This document shows positions 25,111 through 39,678 of a stretch of DNA of 64,000 nt, piece by piece. The stretch lies in assembly GCA_012295275.1 (NCBI GenBank), contig CM022670.1:39556001-39620000 (forward strand), in the 5' to 3' direction. Numbering within the stretch: position 1 is the first letter of the stretch; each line of letters begins with the position of its first letter. A program made the translations under genes and the position numbers. The DNA comes from Chrysomallon squamiferum (taxonomy: Eukaryota > Animalia > Mollusca). The notes beneath the pieces are model-generated. The model saw only the letters and a program-made list of their open reading frames with translations. It did no database searches and was not told the origin of the DNA.

Positions 25111-26233
25111 TTATAATCGAGGAAGATATCATTTATCAAAACATATTGCAGTTGTTGGGTATGTTTCAGATGCAGTGACAAAGGAAAAATAATACTCTGA
25201 AGTAGATTTTAATAATATATAAATAATGATAGAGATGTGGCAAGACATCGAATTTATTACCTATGACAGTATCACATTGTGTGTTAAAACATGTACTGTA
25301 TCTGAGAGGAATAGTTTGTATGTAAAGAAGCAGATAATGTAGTATTAGTAAAAGATAATGAGACTGAGTATGTTATATATAAATGTAAACTGGCAGATGA
25401 ATTATACAAGCTCTGGTGAAATAATCTGAATGTGTTAAAGTGTCCTACTCTTTTTGAAGTATGTTTTATATGTAATTATGAAAATACAGTAATGTCCACT
25501 GGTATTTCAAGAAGAGAATCAGAGTGTGTGTTGTACCTGACTACTAACTTGAGAGATGTGTTGTGATGTTGCTATGGTGATAACAAAAAAGAAGAAAGTC
25601 CAGGCTCATATGTTTTATTTATTCAATGTGTTATGTGATATTTTCCGTGTATTTATTGAAATGTACTAGTCTCAGAAATAACAGTTAAGATTTTTTATAA
25701 TGATATTATCATTTATAATAGGGAAAATACCTATTACATTGAGGAGTATGTATATAAAAAATATTAAAAAATATTTAAAAAAAATAAAAATGTTTAAAAA
25801 GAAGAATTTACATTGATGAGTATGTAAAAATGAAAATGTGTTTTTAAGTCATTCTGCAGTAAAATAAAAATTATTAGGAGCAGTATAATCATGAACCACT
25901 TGTTTGCCAATTTTCCTGACTGATGTTGGAAATAATCATTTTTATTTAGTTTTTTACATTTTTTAAAACAGATTTTAAATTGTTTTTCGTCTTCATTAAG
26001 TAGTGTATATGATATTTTAATGACATTAATGTATGTTCCTATACTTTAGTTATATGTGTTGTTGTATTCTGTGTAATAGATTTTTTGAGTAAAACATATG
26101 GAAGTAAAAAAAGAAAAAGAATGGTTATTTCATTTAATTCAGTTAAACTATAAAATAACCATGCCATACATAATTTTTTATATCATGGTGTTTTCTCATA
26201 GCAGTTTATCACAAAAATGTTTTCAGCACTGAA

Positions 26234-26264
<31 letters not shown>

Positions 26265-27893
26265 CTGAACAAATTTGAATACAGTTCATGGAAAAAATTT
26301 AAATAAATAAGAATTGCATTTTGAATGCTGGAAAGACTGGAAAGTTTAGATAATAAAATAAATGCACTAATTTTTAAATTTAGTTTAAATTTGGTCTGTG
26401 ACATCATCTAGTAGCTCACATATGTATATTGTTGTGTGGTGCCTTTAAACATTCATTTGTTTAAAATGTTTTCTGTGTAGTTCCTCGTGTTAACCTAGAC
26501 TGGACTGAAATAAAAGTAATTCTTCATCTGCTGAGTGACTGTGAGGTAGGGTTTTAATGAAACAAGCTCTGAGATTTAAGAAAAACAAGACTGCAGGGTG
26601 GTGTGTAGGAAAATGATGTTGCTCATTTAAACTAATGGTGAAAAGACATGCAGAGTTAATGTATGTCAAATAATATTTAAAGATATTCATCATTTGTGTG
26701 TTAAAAATTAGAAATTGCAGGCTTTTTTTATAGAGGTATTTGAAACAGCCCCCCCTAAAAATTAAAAACTTTTTATCTTAATTTCTGAAGCAAATTTCAA
26801 AAGGTATTAATAAATAAAACTTCTTTCATTCTTTATTTTGTACAAATGTAATGAATCTTAACAGTAAAATGTGTTAAAACAAATACATTTTTATATTTTA
26901 TTTTATATATTGTTGTCAAAACTTTGAAATATTTTGGCTATTTCTGTTCTGTAAGTTGATATCACTGTCTCAGCTCCTGACTGGGTTTGTTTTTGAAGAA
27001 AGCTGTTTTGAATTTAAGAATTATTACTTTTTCAGTTTTCAAATGTACCAGTGGCAATACAGATAGTCTAAATACATTTTGTAATACTTAAAAATTATTA
27101 TTTTCTTTATTCTTATATCCAGTTTTAGCTAATAATAATGTACAAAAATAACATGAGGATGAAAAGATGTTGAATTATTCTAAAAATATCTGAAATAAAA
27201 ATCATTATTTAGCAGTGATTTTGTAGACAAGCATTTTTTGCATTTTCATTTTTTTTAATTTTTTTTTTTTTTTATTATAGTTTTTATATTATTCAGTTTA
27301 GTAGTGAAATAATTACAGAATAAAACACCCAACTGATCCATTCTGTTTGCTCATTGCCGTTATACTTTATTATTAACAACAATTGGTCATCAGTAATAAA
27401 CGTTAAAAATAATAATAACATAGAAGTATAAAAATTGTATTTGTTTATATCATCACCAGTTCACTTTAAACTGGTGTCTAATGTTTTGAAACATCTGTTA
27501 AAGATCAGAGTTTAAAAACACGTATTATCTTTATTTGGTAACTGATGTGCAGGTTTTACATTATACAAGTTTTAACTGTGAGCTTTCACAACTTGTTTTT
27601 ATTACCAGTGTCGTTGGAATTGATTTACATTAATTATGTGAATACATTTTTGATCATTGTTTTTATCCAGGCTTGTACATTGTCATAATTCCAGGATTTT
27701 ATGTTTGTTGTTTTATTTATATGTTAATATGTCTTTTATTTTGGTCTTTTCTGAGAGAAGTTCTTGCTTTTATTGTTTTTTTCTTTGTTGGTTATCAAAT
27801 CTTAATTGAGGATGTGTAGTCTTTTTTTTCATGCTTTCTTTTATTTTATTTTTTTTTTATTTTTAGATGAAACATTCATCAGGCTCTATAATT

Positions 27894-27965
<72 letters not shown>

Positions 27966-28981
27966 TAATAATAATAACATAAATAACAAAATAAATAAAT
28001 AAATAAACATCTAAAAGAAAAAAACATAGTGATTATGTTAACTGATACCACATTATATGTCACTAACATAGGCAAAGAAAATATGGATTGCATATTGCCC
28101 CAAAATTAAAAAAAACATTAAAGAAAATAAAATAATAAAATAAATATAGATTAAAATTAAAGAGTAATTAATTAATCAAAAAATTAAATTCATGAATATA
28201 GCCGGTATTTGTACTGTTAAAGTGTTTCCTTCCCTAGAAACAGAAATTTTTTAATATTATTATTTTATTTTTAAATAATATTTTCCCTGATAACAACTGT
28301 TGCTTACGGTATTATTTGTAGGGTTGCAACTGTTAGTTTAGTTGATCACTGATTCTGACACAACTGTCCATCTTGGATTTGGATCTCTGTAATATATTAT
28401 CATGTACATAGGTGTGTAAATATATATCAGCATTATTTTGACCAGTGTTATTTAAAAAAAACAATAACTTACAAATGGATAACAAAATATATTTAAAATG
28501 TAATGAATTCTCAGTTACTTTTTTCATTAATTTGTGGGTTTTTTTCAATCAATGATTTTGAAAAAATTAAATTCAGTTTGTACTTAATTTTTTTTTTTTT
28601 AAATGGATTTTCATTATTATTATTATTATTATATGTATATGAGTATGTTTGTGTGTGTATGTATGGGTACAGTACACATACACACACACATATATATATA
28701 TATTATTTTTATGTTTATTTCTATTACTTTTTTTATTTTTAATTTTTTTTAAAAATATTGTCATTTTATACCTGTAATAAAAGTGTAAATATTTAGAAAT
28801 AAGCAAATCGACTGTAAATACCTTTATCATATCAGTTTAATATCAACTTTTATCATTTTTTTAACATTATTTCAACTGGTAGGTTAATTTTTGTTTCAGT
28901 TTCAAGAAAGCCCAATTCTCCATTGACAGATACATCTGACTTTTTTCAGTACAGTAATATTCTGGTGTTTCTGTTGCTGTA

Positions 28982-29042
<61 letters not shown>

Positions 29043-29210
29043 ATTGGTTATTAAAGTAATGCAGAAATACTTAACATGTTGGTTAAGGCAGCTGTGTATT
29101 CTAAATTGTTAATTATTCATATTTTTCTAGATGTAGATATTTTCTTTAGAATATCTTCAGAAGTATGATATTTTGTGCACTAATACTGGGATGTTGATGT
29201 GTATTACTGC

Positions 29211-29244
<34 letters not shown>

Positions 29245-29659
29245 GTCATTATTATTATTATTATTATTATTATTGTCATTATTATTATTACAGTTTTAAT
29301 CATAATTATCATTATTGTTTATTTTTCATTTATTAAGATATTTGCTAAACTATTATTAATATTTATTGATTTAGATTATTTATTTATTTATTATTTATTA
29401 CTGTTAAACTTCATGATAATGGTTCTGTTTTTTTATTTTTATTTTTATTTTTGTAGTTTTGAATAAAAAAATAGTTTCATTTCATTGGGGTTTTTTTTGA
29501 AAACTTAAATAAATATACATGTATATATATCATGCAAGTAAAATTTTTGAAATTAAATGTTTTTATTAATAAATGAAAATATTAAATTATTTATATTCAA
29601 ACTCATATTGAAGAACATTTTGTGTATGATAAGAAAATATTTCCTAGATTCATCAAATC

Positions 29660-29690
<31 letters not shown>

Positions 29691-30899
29691 GTTTTAATAA
29701 TAAAAAAAATAATATTTAAAAATAGATATATATTAAAAGAACAATAAGAATTTAAAATGATGTATATACATATATTTTTGTTATAAAAATATTAATGTTG
29801 TTTTTTGTATATGATATTACTGTCAGTAATGGGGTTTTTAAATCAAGTTTTTATTTTGGTTTGTACATAATGATTTTACTGGATTAATATTTTTGGGTTT
29901 TAGATCAAACTGTAAAATAAAATGAAATGAAAAAAAAAAAAAAAAATAAAAAGATGTGTGTAAATAAATAAAAAAAAATTGTTTTTCATTCTGTTTTCTG
30001 TTTACATTAAAGATCTCATTGTTTTCTAGTACATTAAGCAAATGTATTATTGTTTGTGGACATGTCTTAGAGTATATTTATCTACATACAATGTATTTAG
30101 TCTGTGATGTTGTATATGAAAAAAAAATAACAATAAACCTATGTTCAGATTTCATTTAAAAGATATTTCAGTTGATTAACAATATGAAAACAAATTCTAA
30201 AAACTGGTTTATATCAGTGACATAATCCAGACACAATGAATGGCCAAGGTAGAATGAGATAGTCTAATTATTTAATTTGCTTAGCGTAGACCCAGTAGCA
30301 GGATGTGATTACAAAACCAGTTCAAAATGTTATGTTACCAAAACCTTTAGTGAGTTAGGTGACTCATCAGACTTGCAGCTTTAGGTTCTTAGATCGAATA
30401 CAGTCTGGTTTCTGATTGTAATCCATTTTAAGGTTATATTTCCTTATCTTATTTTGTCTTCTTTTTTTTTTAATATTATTATTATTATTATTAATGTTTA
30501 ATTTACTCATTTAATTATTATTTTTAAAGAAGGTTAATTATATATGCTGGATTTTTTCTTTTTTTAAAAAAGAAAACCAACATACATAATTCTTAAATCT
30601 TAACGATTCAATAAAATTAAATAAAAAAAGTCTCCATTTATAAAAAATTTAAAAAAAAAAAAATAAAAAAAAAAAAAAGTAATAAAACCCATTCTAGTCT
30701 AATGAAATATTAATTCTTAATTCTTAAAATAAAATAAAATGATAAAAAAAAAAAAAAAAAAAAAATTGTTATAAAATTCCTCGTGCAGTATTGAACTCGC
30801 TGTCAATTATTATTCTGTTGTAAAATAAGCGATAAAAATCCGTAGCTTTGTTGTTAAATCCTTCTGAGACGGCTATAATTACACAGACAGCTCACTTCT

Positions 30900-31455
30900 G
30901 TCCTGTAATTAACATTAAACATGCCATGTACTGATCATTATTTCGCCCAACGAGTAACTGTGAAATGTTGACAACATGTTTAAGAAGCGTGTACGACCCA
31001 GACAGTGTTTTACAGCAGACGTGAATATCACTGTACAAGAACGGACTCACGCGCCATTGTCCCCGGCTGCGTTTGTTTTGACTCCCTGTCAATCATTAAT
31101 TAACTGGCTTGTCGTCGACGGGGAAAATAAAACTGTCTTAAAACTGAACTGGCCCCACGTTGCCTTAACGTTGATTGGAGATTTTTTTAAACTAAAGCAC
31201 GTTTTAGTATTTTACAGCAGACCTGCTGTTGGAAGGGGAAGAAAGAGGAAGAAAAATATGTAAGCTTGTTTTGTTGGTGTTTTTTTGTATCGTTGCGATA
31301 ATCATAATACTGGAGAAGGAAAGAGAGAGACAGAGAGATAGAGAGAGAGAGAGAGATTTAATCAGTGTAATGATAATTACTGGAAATAACAGGAATAAAC
31401 ATTTCTGCTGGGATTAATTACATAATCTGCAAAGATTTTATAGATAAAACCATCA
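30900..31455 (+). promoter_or_regulatory. Probable promoter and non-coding first exon of the Tctex1-domain gene
   Basis: CpG-richer island with an inverted CCAAT (gattgg near 31173). Donors at T|gtaagc (31260) and CA|gtaagt (31456); the downstream acceptor ttttcag| at 33941 lies 4 nt before the ATG. Confidence 0.5.
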
Positions 31456-33377
31456 GTAAGTATTCTGTGTTGTGTTTTATTGTTAGGCTGTCATTGTACA
31501 GGCGTTTGCTTTAAACTGTCAGGGTTATTTTTTCGTGAATGTGTGCGGTGAAAATAAAGCTTTAGGTAGGATTTATCAAGATGTATGTAAACTAGTTTTA
31601 ATTACTAGGAGTGAGTGGAGCAGGTTTTAGAAAAAAAAATAATGGATGAAACCATTTTTGTTTTTATTTTTACTCAACCAAATGTCTTTTTATAATTATT
31701 TTAATATTTTTTTTTTTGTTTTTTTTTTTTCTTTTAAATATTTTCTTATATTTATTTATTTATTTTTGTTTTTAATAATAAATAAATTTGAAAATGCTAT
31801 AGCTAATGATATTTTAAAATGCCACTTAGACCTTTGCGCGAGTTCATTGTTCTTTGAATTTGTTATAAATTTGTTCTATATAACAAAATCTCACATCATT
31901 AGCGACTATTTCGTTTTTACTTTTCTTTGAGTACTACATGGCCTGTCTTGAGTCACTGTTTAATTTTATAATAGATTCTGTTCACACAGTTTCTCAGATA
32001 AAAGATGTATTGTTAATCTATAGAGAAATACAGATACTATAAAAACATACATCAGATGAGAAATTTGTGAACTGTGTGCAATTTTTATTTTGATAATAGA
32101 TAATAAAATCGAAAGAAAAAAGTAATAAAAGTAAATAAACAAATAAATAAATAATAAAAAATATATATAAATAAATAATAATAATAATAATTATAATTAT
32201 GTTTTGGCCGTCGTCATCGTTTTTGTTGTAGTTACTGCTACTGCTTTTTGGCTTTATTTGTCGTTGTTATTTTTGTTATTGATGTGATGTTTAGAAGTTG
32301 AAAATTATGTAAGAATATATCTATAGATCATGTCACCTGATATTTTGTTGTACGTAAACAAACATTGCTATCTGTCTGGTGATTTGAGACTATTGTATTT
32401 TAACAAACAACCGATAGCGATATTTAAAGCATTTGTGGCAAACGGGATGATTCAAATTTTAAGAAGCGTTTTTTTTTTTTTTTTTTTTTTTTTTCATTTG
32501 TTGTTTTATATATATATATATAAACAAATGAATACAAATAAATTTAAATCTGAAGTAACTCAAATGTTTTATAAACTAATTCATTATTTAATTAATATAA
32601 AACAAATGTATAATAAATTAATAAGAATAATACAATAAACTTTAATAAATTAATTTACCCAGGCACGCACGCGCACGCACACAGACACACTGACACAGAA
32701 GTAAATAAATAAATAATAAGACAAAGAAAGAAAAATTACAGATAACAAAATCCATTTGTCTTTGGTTATGTTCAGTTGTACTTAAAACTTTTTATACCTA
32801 TTGCCGTGTAAACAGTAGGTTTGGTCTGTCCTGTAATAAAATCTTGTTGTTAGCAACCAATTCTATAAACTGATTGAAAAAAAAAGTATGACTGGAAAAA
32901 AAAAAAAAAAAAAAAAGAAGAACTGTAGATGATATATCCGATAGAGTTTTCCAATTCACGGTCCACAAGTGCCCGTTACTTTCGAGATAAAACAAACCGA
33001 TAATATTCATGCGACAGCAGATCTGAACTAAACCTGCTTAATAATGTGTACGTGTTTGATGGAGCGTGGGCCAGAAAGGTGATACATTATCTACACCGCG
33101 TTGTTAACACCCAGTTAACAGCTTACCATTGTTCTTTCTCACATAAAACCAAGAAGATGATCCGATTATTTAATGGTGTTTATCACTGGTAGCGTTGTCA
33201 GCTAAAAATAAAATACGTATAGCCTAACATTGATGATTTAAACGAGCATTTTATAATGTACTGATAGCTTTTATTTAGTATTTAGTTCCCGATATTCAGA
33301 AGCAGAAATGACTTTCAGTTTGCATTTTCATGAGTTGTTTGTTCATATATTATTAAATTTCATGACGTAAAGCACGG

Positions 33378-33413
<36 letters not shown>

Positions 33414-33945
33414 CAATGTGAAGGTTCAAACTTAAGGGAACCGTAGAGGTGGTATTTAGAAAATATTATCAGAAAATGTCGGCTGTTTAATATTAGTTAC
33501 TACACTTAGTACTTTTCATGCACTGTGGTCACTAATTTGTTTATATTATGCTTTAATCCGCTTCTCAATCTACAACGGAACATTTAATGATGTAATTCAT
33601 ACGCTATTTTTATGTGTAAACAATTACAGTCGGTCATGTTTGATCACGTAGTCATTCTGTACCCAGTGACGTAGCTAAAGTACGTCAAGTATGGCACGTG
33701 CACTGGGCGCCCGCCGATATTTTCCACGCTCCATTTATTGTTGGGAACCCATGGAACCGAACATTATACATACCTGCTAGAAGTATAAAATTACTCGTAA
33801 AAATAAATACACAGTGAAATATTTTAAAGTAATGTTCTAATCTATATGTAGTAAAAGTATGTCACGAATCGCTGTTATATATGTTAATTCTTATCCTTTT
33901 CGTAATTTAATAATTTCATAAATTGTTTTATTTGTTTTCAGTATC

Positions 33946-34455
33946 ATGAGCACTGCAGTTAGAAGACCATCATTTGACACAATACCGAGCATGCGCAGAG
34001 CGTCCATTCACAAACAGAGGCCTTCAATTGATGTATCCACTTCCGGTCGAGCGGCCATGATTGTGACGTCAGCTCAGACGTGCAGAACAGTAGCGGTTCC
34101 GCAGATTGAAAACAGTTACAGACTTGAACCCCAGAAAAAGTTTCCCTACAGCAAAATAAAAAATATGATGAAAGAAACTATGGAAAAAATCATCGGCGAT
34201 ATGCCTTACGATCCCGAAGAATGCACAATGCTGTCTGCAACCCTTGCTGACGTCATTAAGCAGAAAGCAAAGGAAATCTATATCCCGCGATATAAAATTG
34301 TAACGAACGTTACGATTGGTCAGATGAACGGCACTACTGTTTCGATCACAAGCCGGTGTTTGTGGAACGACAAATTTGACAGCTATTCTGAATACACGTT
34401 CACAAATGGTAAATTATATGCAGTCGGAATGGTGTACGGCTTTTACACTGAATAA
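33946..34455 (+). CDS. TCTEX1D1: Tctex1-domain dynein light chain (TCTEX1D1/DYNLT5-like), 169 aa, single coding exon
   Basis: ENSYRLEP...YDPEEC...PRYKIVTNVTIGQ...SRCLWNDKFDSYSEYTFTNGKLYAVGMVYGFYTE is a typical Tctex-1 domain. The exact paralogue assignment is uncertain. Confidence 0.88.
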   Translation: MSTAVRRPSFDTIPSMRRASIHKQRPSIDVSTSGRAAMIVTSAQTCRTVAVPQIENSYRLEPQKKFPYSKIKNMMKETMEKIIGDMPYDPEECTMLSATLADVIKQKAKEIYIPRYKIVTNVTIGQMNGTTVSITSRCLWNDKFDSYSEYTFTNGKLYAVGMVYGFYTE

Positions 34456-35549
34456 ATTAAAAAGAAAAAAAAAAGTAAAGAAACATTTTTGTCACCCTAG
34501 CAGAAAGAGGTTTTTAATGTTATTCAGAAAATCTTTTCGGAAAACGAAGAAAAAAACTCCCACCTAAAAACATTCACCTACGCAAAAACGATATATGTTG
34601 AATTGTAAATAGAATATAAAAATATATATTAAAGGTAGAAATATCATAAGTAAAACAAATGTACAGAGAGAGAGAGTTTATTATTTTTTAAAGACAATAC
34701 ACATAAGTATAGATAAATTGAATTGAATAATTATTGCATTAGGGAGAGCTTCAAAACTTTTTAACAGTGTTTTACTCTTTCATATTTTAATATCATTAAT
34801 GTTACGTTCATGTGCCTTCTTTATTCCTTTCTCATACAGAATTCACTTTTAGCGTGTTATAGTTATATAACGATTATATAGTTATTAAACGAAAAACAAA
34901 AACAAAACAATTACATATATGTATATATGTATGTTCATTAACCCCAACAAACAACAAAACTATAAATTTGTTATTAATAATGAAAAATAAATGTGGTTTT
35001 ATTTGTATTGTTCGTTTTATTATTATTAATAATAATAATTTTTTAACAATATATATATATCTTATCTTGAGTGATAATTCTGAAGATTTTCAGTTGTTTA
35101 AACCGATTTTACATATTGTGTTAAAAAATAATAATTTTTAAAAAAAGAATACATTTAAACATATATTTATTTCCATTGTTGATAATTCGCACTGAGGTCT
35201 GTATGATTATACGAATAAGAAATATAATACTAATATGAAACGCCACTGTGAGTGCGCAGTAATGCGAGAAAAAATAAATAAGAAACAACTTGTGTTAAAT
35301 ATTTGCGATTAAGGACAATGAACTAAGCAGAGATTGATGTGTAACTGTTACAAAGCAACCGTTATCTAGGTCAACTCACCCCTTTATCACTGAGTAGCAG
35401 TTTGTACATAAAGAAAAAATAATTAAAATGTCTTTGAAAATTAATACGATAATTCTAGGTTACATGGTGCTCGGGCAGTACATAAACAGAAGAGTCCCAG
35501 ACAACTGAAACATAGAAACAGTATATACACACTCACACGTATACGACCA

Positions 35550-35595
<46 letters not shown>

Positions 35596-36880
35596 TACAT
35601 ACAAAAATACATTATACGTATGCACATAAACAGAATTACACACAGGCACACACGTTAATACAGATTTACACGTATTTACTCCTAGCAAGGAAAAAAAAAA
35701 AACAACGACAGATTATGAACAAACAAAATAAATGCACACACACACACACGCACACACGCACACACACACACACAAAGACACACATACTGAGAGCGAGACA
35801 GAAAATTATTCTAAATTTATTCTGTATTCTTTTATCATTTTGTTGAACTAGTTACATGTACAACAATAACCTCAAGAAAAAGAAAAAAAAAAAAAAAAAA
35901 AAAAAATTAAATGTGTTGTTATTTCGTAAATTTTATCAGTCCGTAGCATTAGGGATCTTTGTGGCTTGTTTTTTTTGTTGTTTTAGTTAGTAAGTAACTA
36001 AGTAAGTATGTATGTAAGTGAAAAATTAAAATTAAAATTATAATTTATAATTATAGTGATAATTATGAATTTTAATTGAATAAACATTTTTTTTTTCTTC
36101 AAATTTTTCTTCTGTAATCTAACTACGATAATAATACTAATTATAGTTAATTTGGTAATGACACAACAAATAATTAAATAATCATTAGAAAAAGATTAAT
36201 CAGACTGAGCCTACAAAAAAAAAAAAAAAAAAAAACTATTCATCTGACTGGAATTTTTCGACATAAACCATGCATTCAGACGAAAATACTAATATTTTTA
36301 AAGCTAAAAACATGATATTATTATTGCTATAATATTAGAAAAAATAGTCTGATGCATATCATTGCGACAGCTTCATTTTTTAATGCTTTGTTTTGTTTTT
36401 CTTGAAAGTATAATATTTATTAATTACTATTAATATTCATTCATTTACCACAGATTGTTGCTACTGTTTGTTTCTTATTTTATTTTATTTTATTTTATTT
36501 ATTTATTTATTTATTTATTTTTATTTATTTTTTTTAAATTTAGTCTATTTAGTTATTTTTTGATAAAGTTTTGTTATTATTAACATTCATTAAATTATCG
36601 TATGACAACAGTTTCATGCTTCTTGTCTCATTAGTGTTTCTCGTGTATTCAAATATACGTGTGAAGTTAAAGAAATAATAAAGGGTACTTTTTGCTAATC
36701 TGAACCCGTAATACAAAAACACACTATAATAATACCTGTATTGAATTTCACAGGGACGTAGTCCAAACCACAACTCACGTAGGCGTAGCTAGTAATGTCG
36801 TTGTACTTAGGATAAAGATTAACAACATTCCACCATTGTCCTTTTTAATAATAATAATAATAATAATAATGATGATAATA

Positions 36881-36915
<35 letters not shown>

Positions 36916-37182
36916 AATGATGATGATGATGATAATAATAATGATGATGATGATGATAATGATGATGATGATGATGATGAGTCATGATAGTATATATATA
37001 TATTAAACAAAGATTAAAATGAATAAGGATATCCAAAACGTTTACGATGTTGCAAACATTTATTTTATTCATATTTTTCTTATAATTACACTTAACAAGG
37101 ACATAGGTTGTTAAAAAGCGGTGGTTCAAATCGTTATATGCATTAAAGTAGTGGTGCCCCAAAACGTCAATCAAGATCTACC

Positions 37183-37900
37183 GGTTGATCGCATAGACAG
37201 TGTGGTTGATCGTATAGACAGTGTGGTTGATCGTATAGACAGTGTGGTTAGATCGCATAGACAGTGTGGTTAGATCGCATAGACAGTGCATAGACAGTGT
37301 GGTTAGATCACACAGACAGACAGTGTGGGTAGATCACATAGACAGTGTGGGTAGATCACATAGACAGTGTGGGTAGATCACATAGACAGTGTGGGTAGAT
37401 CACATAGACAGTGTGGGTAGATCACATAAACAGTGTGGGTAGATCACATAGACAATCTGGTAGATCACATAGACAGTGCAGGTAGATCACATAGACAGTG
37501 TGGGTAGATCACATAGACAGTGTAGTAGATCGTATAGACAGTGTGGTTAGATCGCATAGACAGTGTGGGTAGATCACATAGACAGTGTGGGTAGATCGCA
37601 TAGACAGTGTGGGTAGATCACATAGACAGTGTGGGTAGATCACATAGACAGTGTGGGTAGATCACATAGACAGTGGGGTAGATCACAGTGTGGGTAGATC
37701 ACATAGACAGTGTGGGTAGATCACATAGAGACAGTCAGTGTGGGGTAGATCACATAGACAGTGTGGGTGATGGGGGTAGATAGATCACATAGACAGTGTG
37801 GGTAGATCGCATGGACAGTGTGGTAGATCACATAGACAGTGTGGGTAGATCACATAGACAGTGTGGGTAGATCACATAGACAGTGTGGGTAGATCGCATG
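37183..37900. repeat. ~22-bp minisatellite, roughly 30 units
   Basis: Unit gatcacatagacagtgtgggta, with 21-bp variants (gatcgtatagacagtgtggtt) at the left end. Confidence 0.95.
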
Positions 37901-38377
37901 ACACGAAAAATAGCCTATCACCCATACTGCAGCCTTAATAAATGTTTTGCATTTTATTGTAGATCATCTTGACTTGGTCATTTAAAAAGTAGTTCGCAAG
38001 CCAAAAAAAGTGTTGGCACGCCTGCATTATGGAATAATGTGTACGTTATGCTGAATCGGCAGATTTTGAAAAGAGTTAATAAAATATGGGATTGCAAATG
38101 GTGTACTGTTTACTTACGTATTTAAAACAAACACGAATGGAGCAAACGAAGATAAAAGGTTGTAACAAAACAAACGGAACGAATGTTTAGAATTGTCTCG
38201 GCAATAATAATAATAATAATATTAGAAATAGAAATAGTAATAATAATAATAATGATAATAATTAAAACAATAACAGCAGAAATAACAATAACAAAAATAG
38301 TAAAATAAAAATATATACATTTATATAGGTATGCATATTTCAGCATTTTTTTTCGTTTTCTTCTTTTCTTTCATTTT

Positions 38378-38412
<35 letters not shown>

Positions 38413-39171
38413 CACTGGGATATTAAAAGATATTAATGAAACTGGTTAAAAAATATATATATATATTCACATATATGTTTAATTATTTCACCCATCGTTT
38501 TAATAATTCCTAGCTATAGGGAAGGAATCATTAATATAGGACATATTTATAATCTTCTTTTTTTTTTTTTTTAAATTTCAGTTTTGTTTATATTTTTAAT
38601 TTAATTTAATTTAATTTTTGTTTTGTTTTGTTTTGCTTTGGTTTGGTTTGGTTTGGTTATGATATGCATCTTGATATTTGATATATGAAAATCATTATTT
38701 TTTGAAATCTCTGAATACGTTTTTACTATTTTTATTGTATTTGATATAATCATTTTGAAAGATATCCTACACATTGTTTTAATTATTAGATTGCGATTTT
38801 TTATTATAGAACCACTGTTTTTAAATAAATGAAAGTTTAATATTAACTTTTTTAAATTCGACTGATAAATGTATACGAAAAGTTAATCACAATTACAGAT
38901 ATGGCAGTAATTTAAAAATGTATGTGTATAAATAAAATAAAATAAAATAAAACAAACAAACAAATAAACAAATAAACAAATAAAATACTTTTCATATAAT
39001 AAAAATGTATACATATGAAAATGGTGATAAATGTGAATGAGAAGAAGAAGATGATGACGATAATGACGATGATGATGAGGGGAAAAAAAGAAAAGAAAAA
39101 TCGACAAAAAAGCAAAACAAAACAAACTAAATAATATGCAGAAATGACTGAAACTAATAGTTTAATATTTC

Positions 39172-39313
39172 ATTTGTAAAATCGATGCCAATGTTAATAA
39201 TAAGAGGCACAAAATGTCCAGTACTTTAACCTTAGAAATTTGTCAGCTTTATGTAAAATAATAAGAAGAAGAAAAAGAAGAAGAAAAAGAAGAAGAAGAA
39301 GATGATGATGATG

Positions 39314-39381
<68 letters not shown>

Positions 39382-39631
39382 GTATTGAAATTAACTGTTA
39401 AATAATTATTATGTTTTTGTTGATGTCTCATAATCATCATCAGTATTGTTGTTGTTATTCTTCATCATTATCCTCTTCATCCGTACAGCTACTTCTTTTT
39501 CTTCTTCTTCTTTTTCTTCTTCTTCTTATTATTATTGTTATTATTTTACATAAAGCTGACAGATTTTTCACATTAAAATCTTAGACATTATGGTGCCTCT
39601 TATTATTAATACGGTTAACAGTTTTTACAAA

Positions 39632-39632
<1 letters not shown>
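39172..39632. mobile_element. Foldback / long inverted repeat with microsatellite core
   Basis: aataataagaggcac (39196) pairs with gtgcctcttattatt (39593); tgtcagctttatgtaaaataata (39241) pairs with tattattttacataaagctgaca (39539); (GAA)n pairs with (TTC)n. Confidence 0.8.

Positions 39633-39678
<46 letters not shown>

Noticed and set aside
32759-32781. tctttggttat, identical to the first 11 nt of miR-9
   Set aside because: The remainder diverges and there is no complementary arm forming a pre-miRNA hairpin.
36819-37174. Poly-His and poly-Ser ORFs
   Set aside because: Translations of (GAT/AAT)n microsatellites; the same applies to the poly-Ile/Leu/Tyr/Asn and (ER)n ORFs throughout the window.
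37183-37900. CRISPR-like array
   Set aside because: Head-to-tail units with no unique spacers, no cas genes, and a eukaryotic context.
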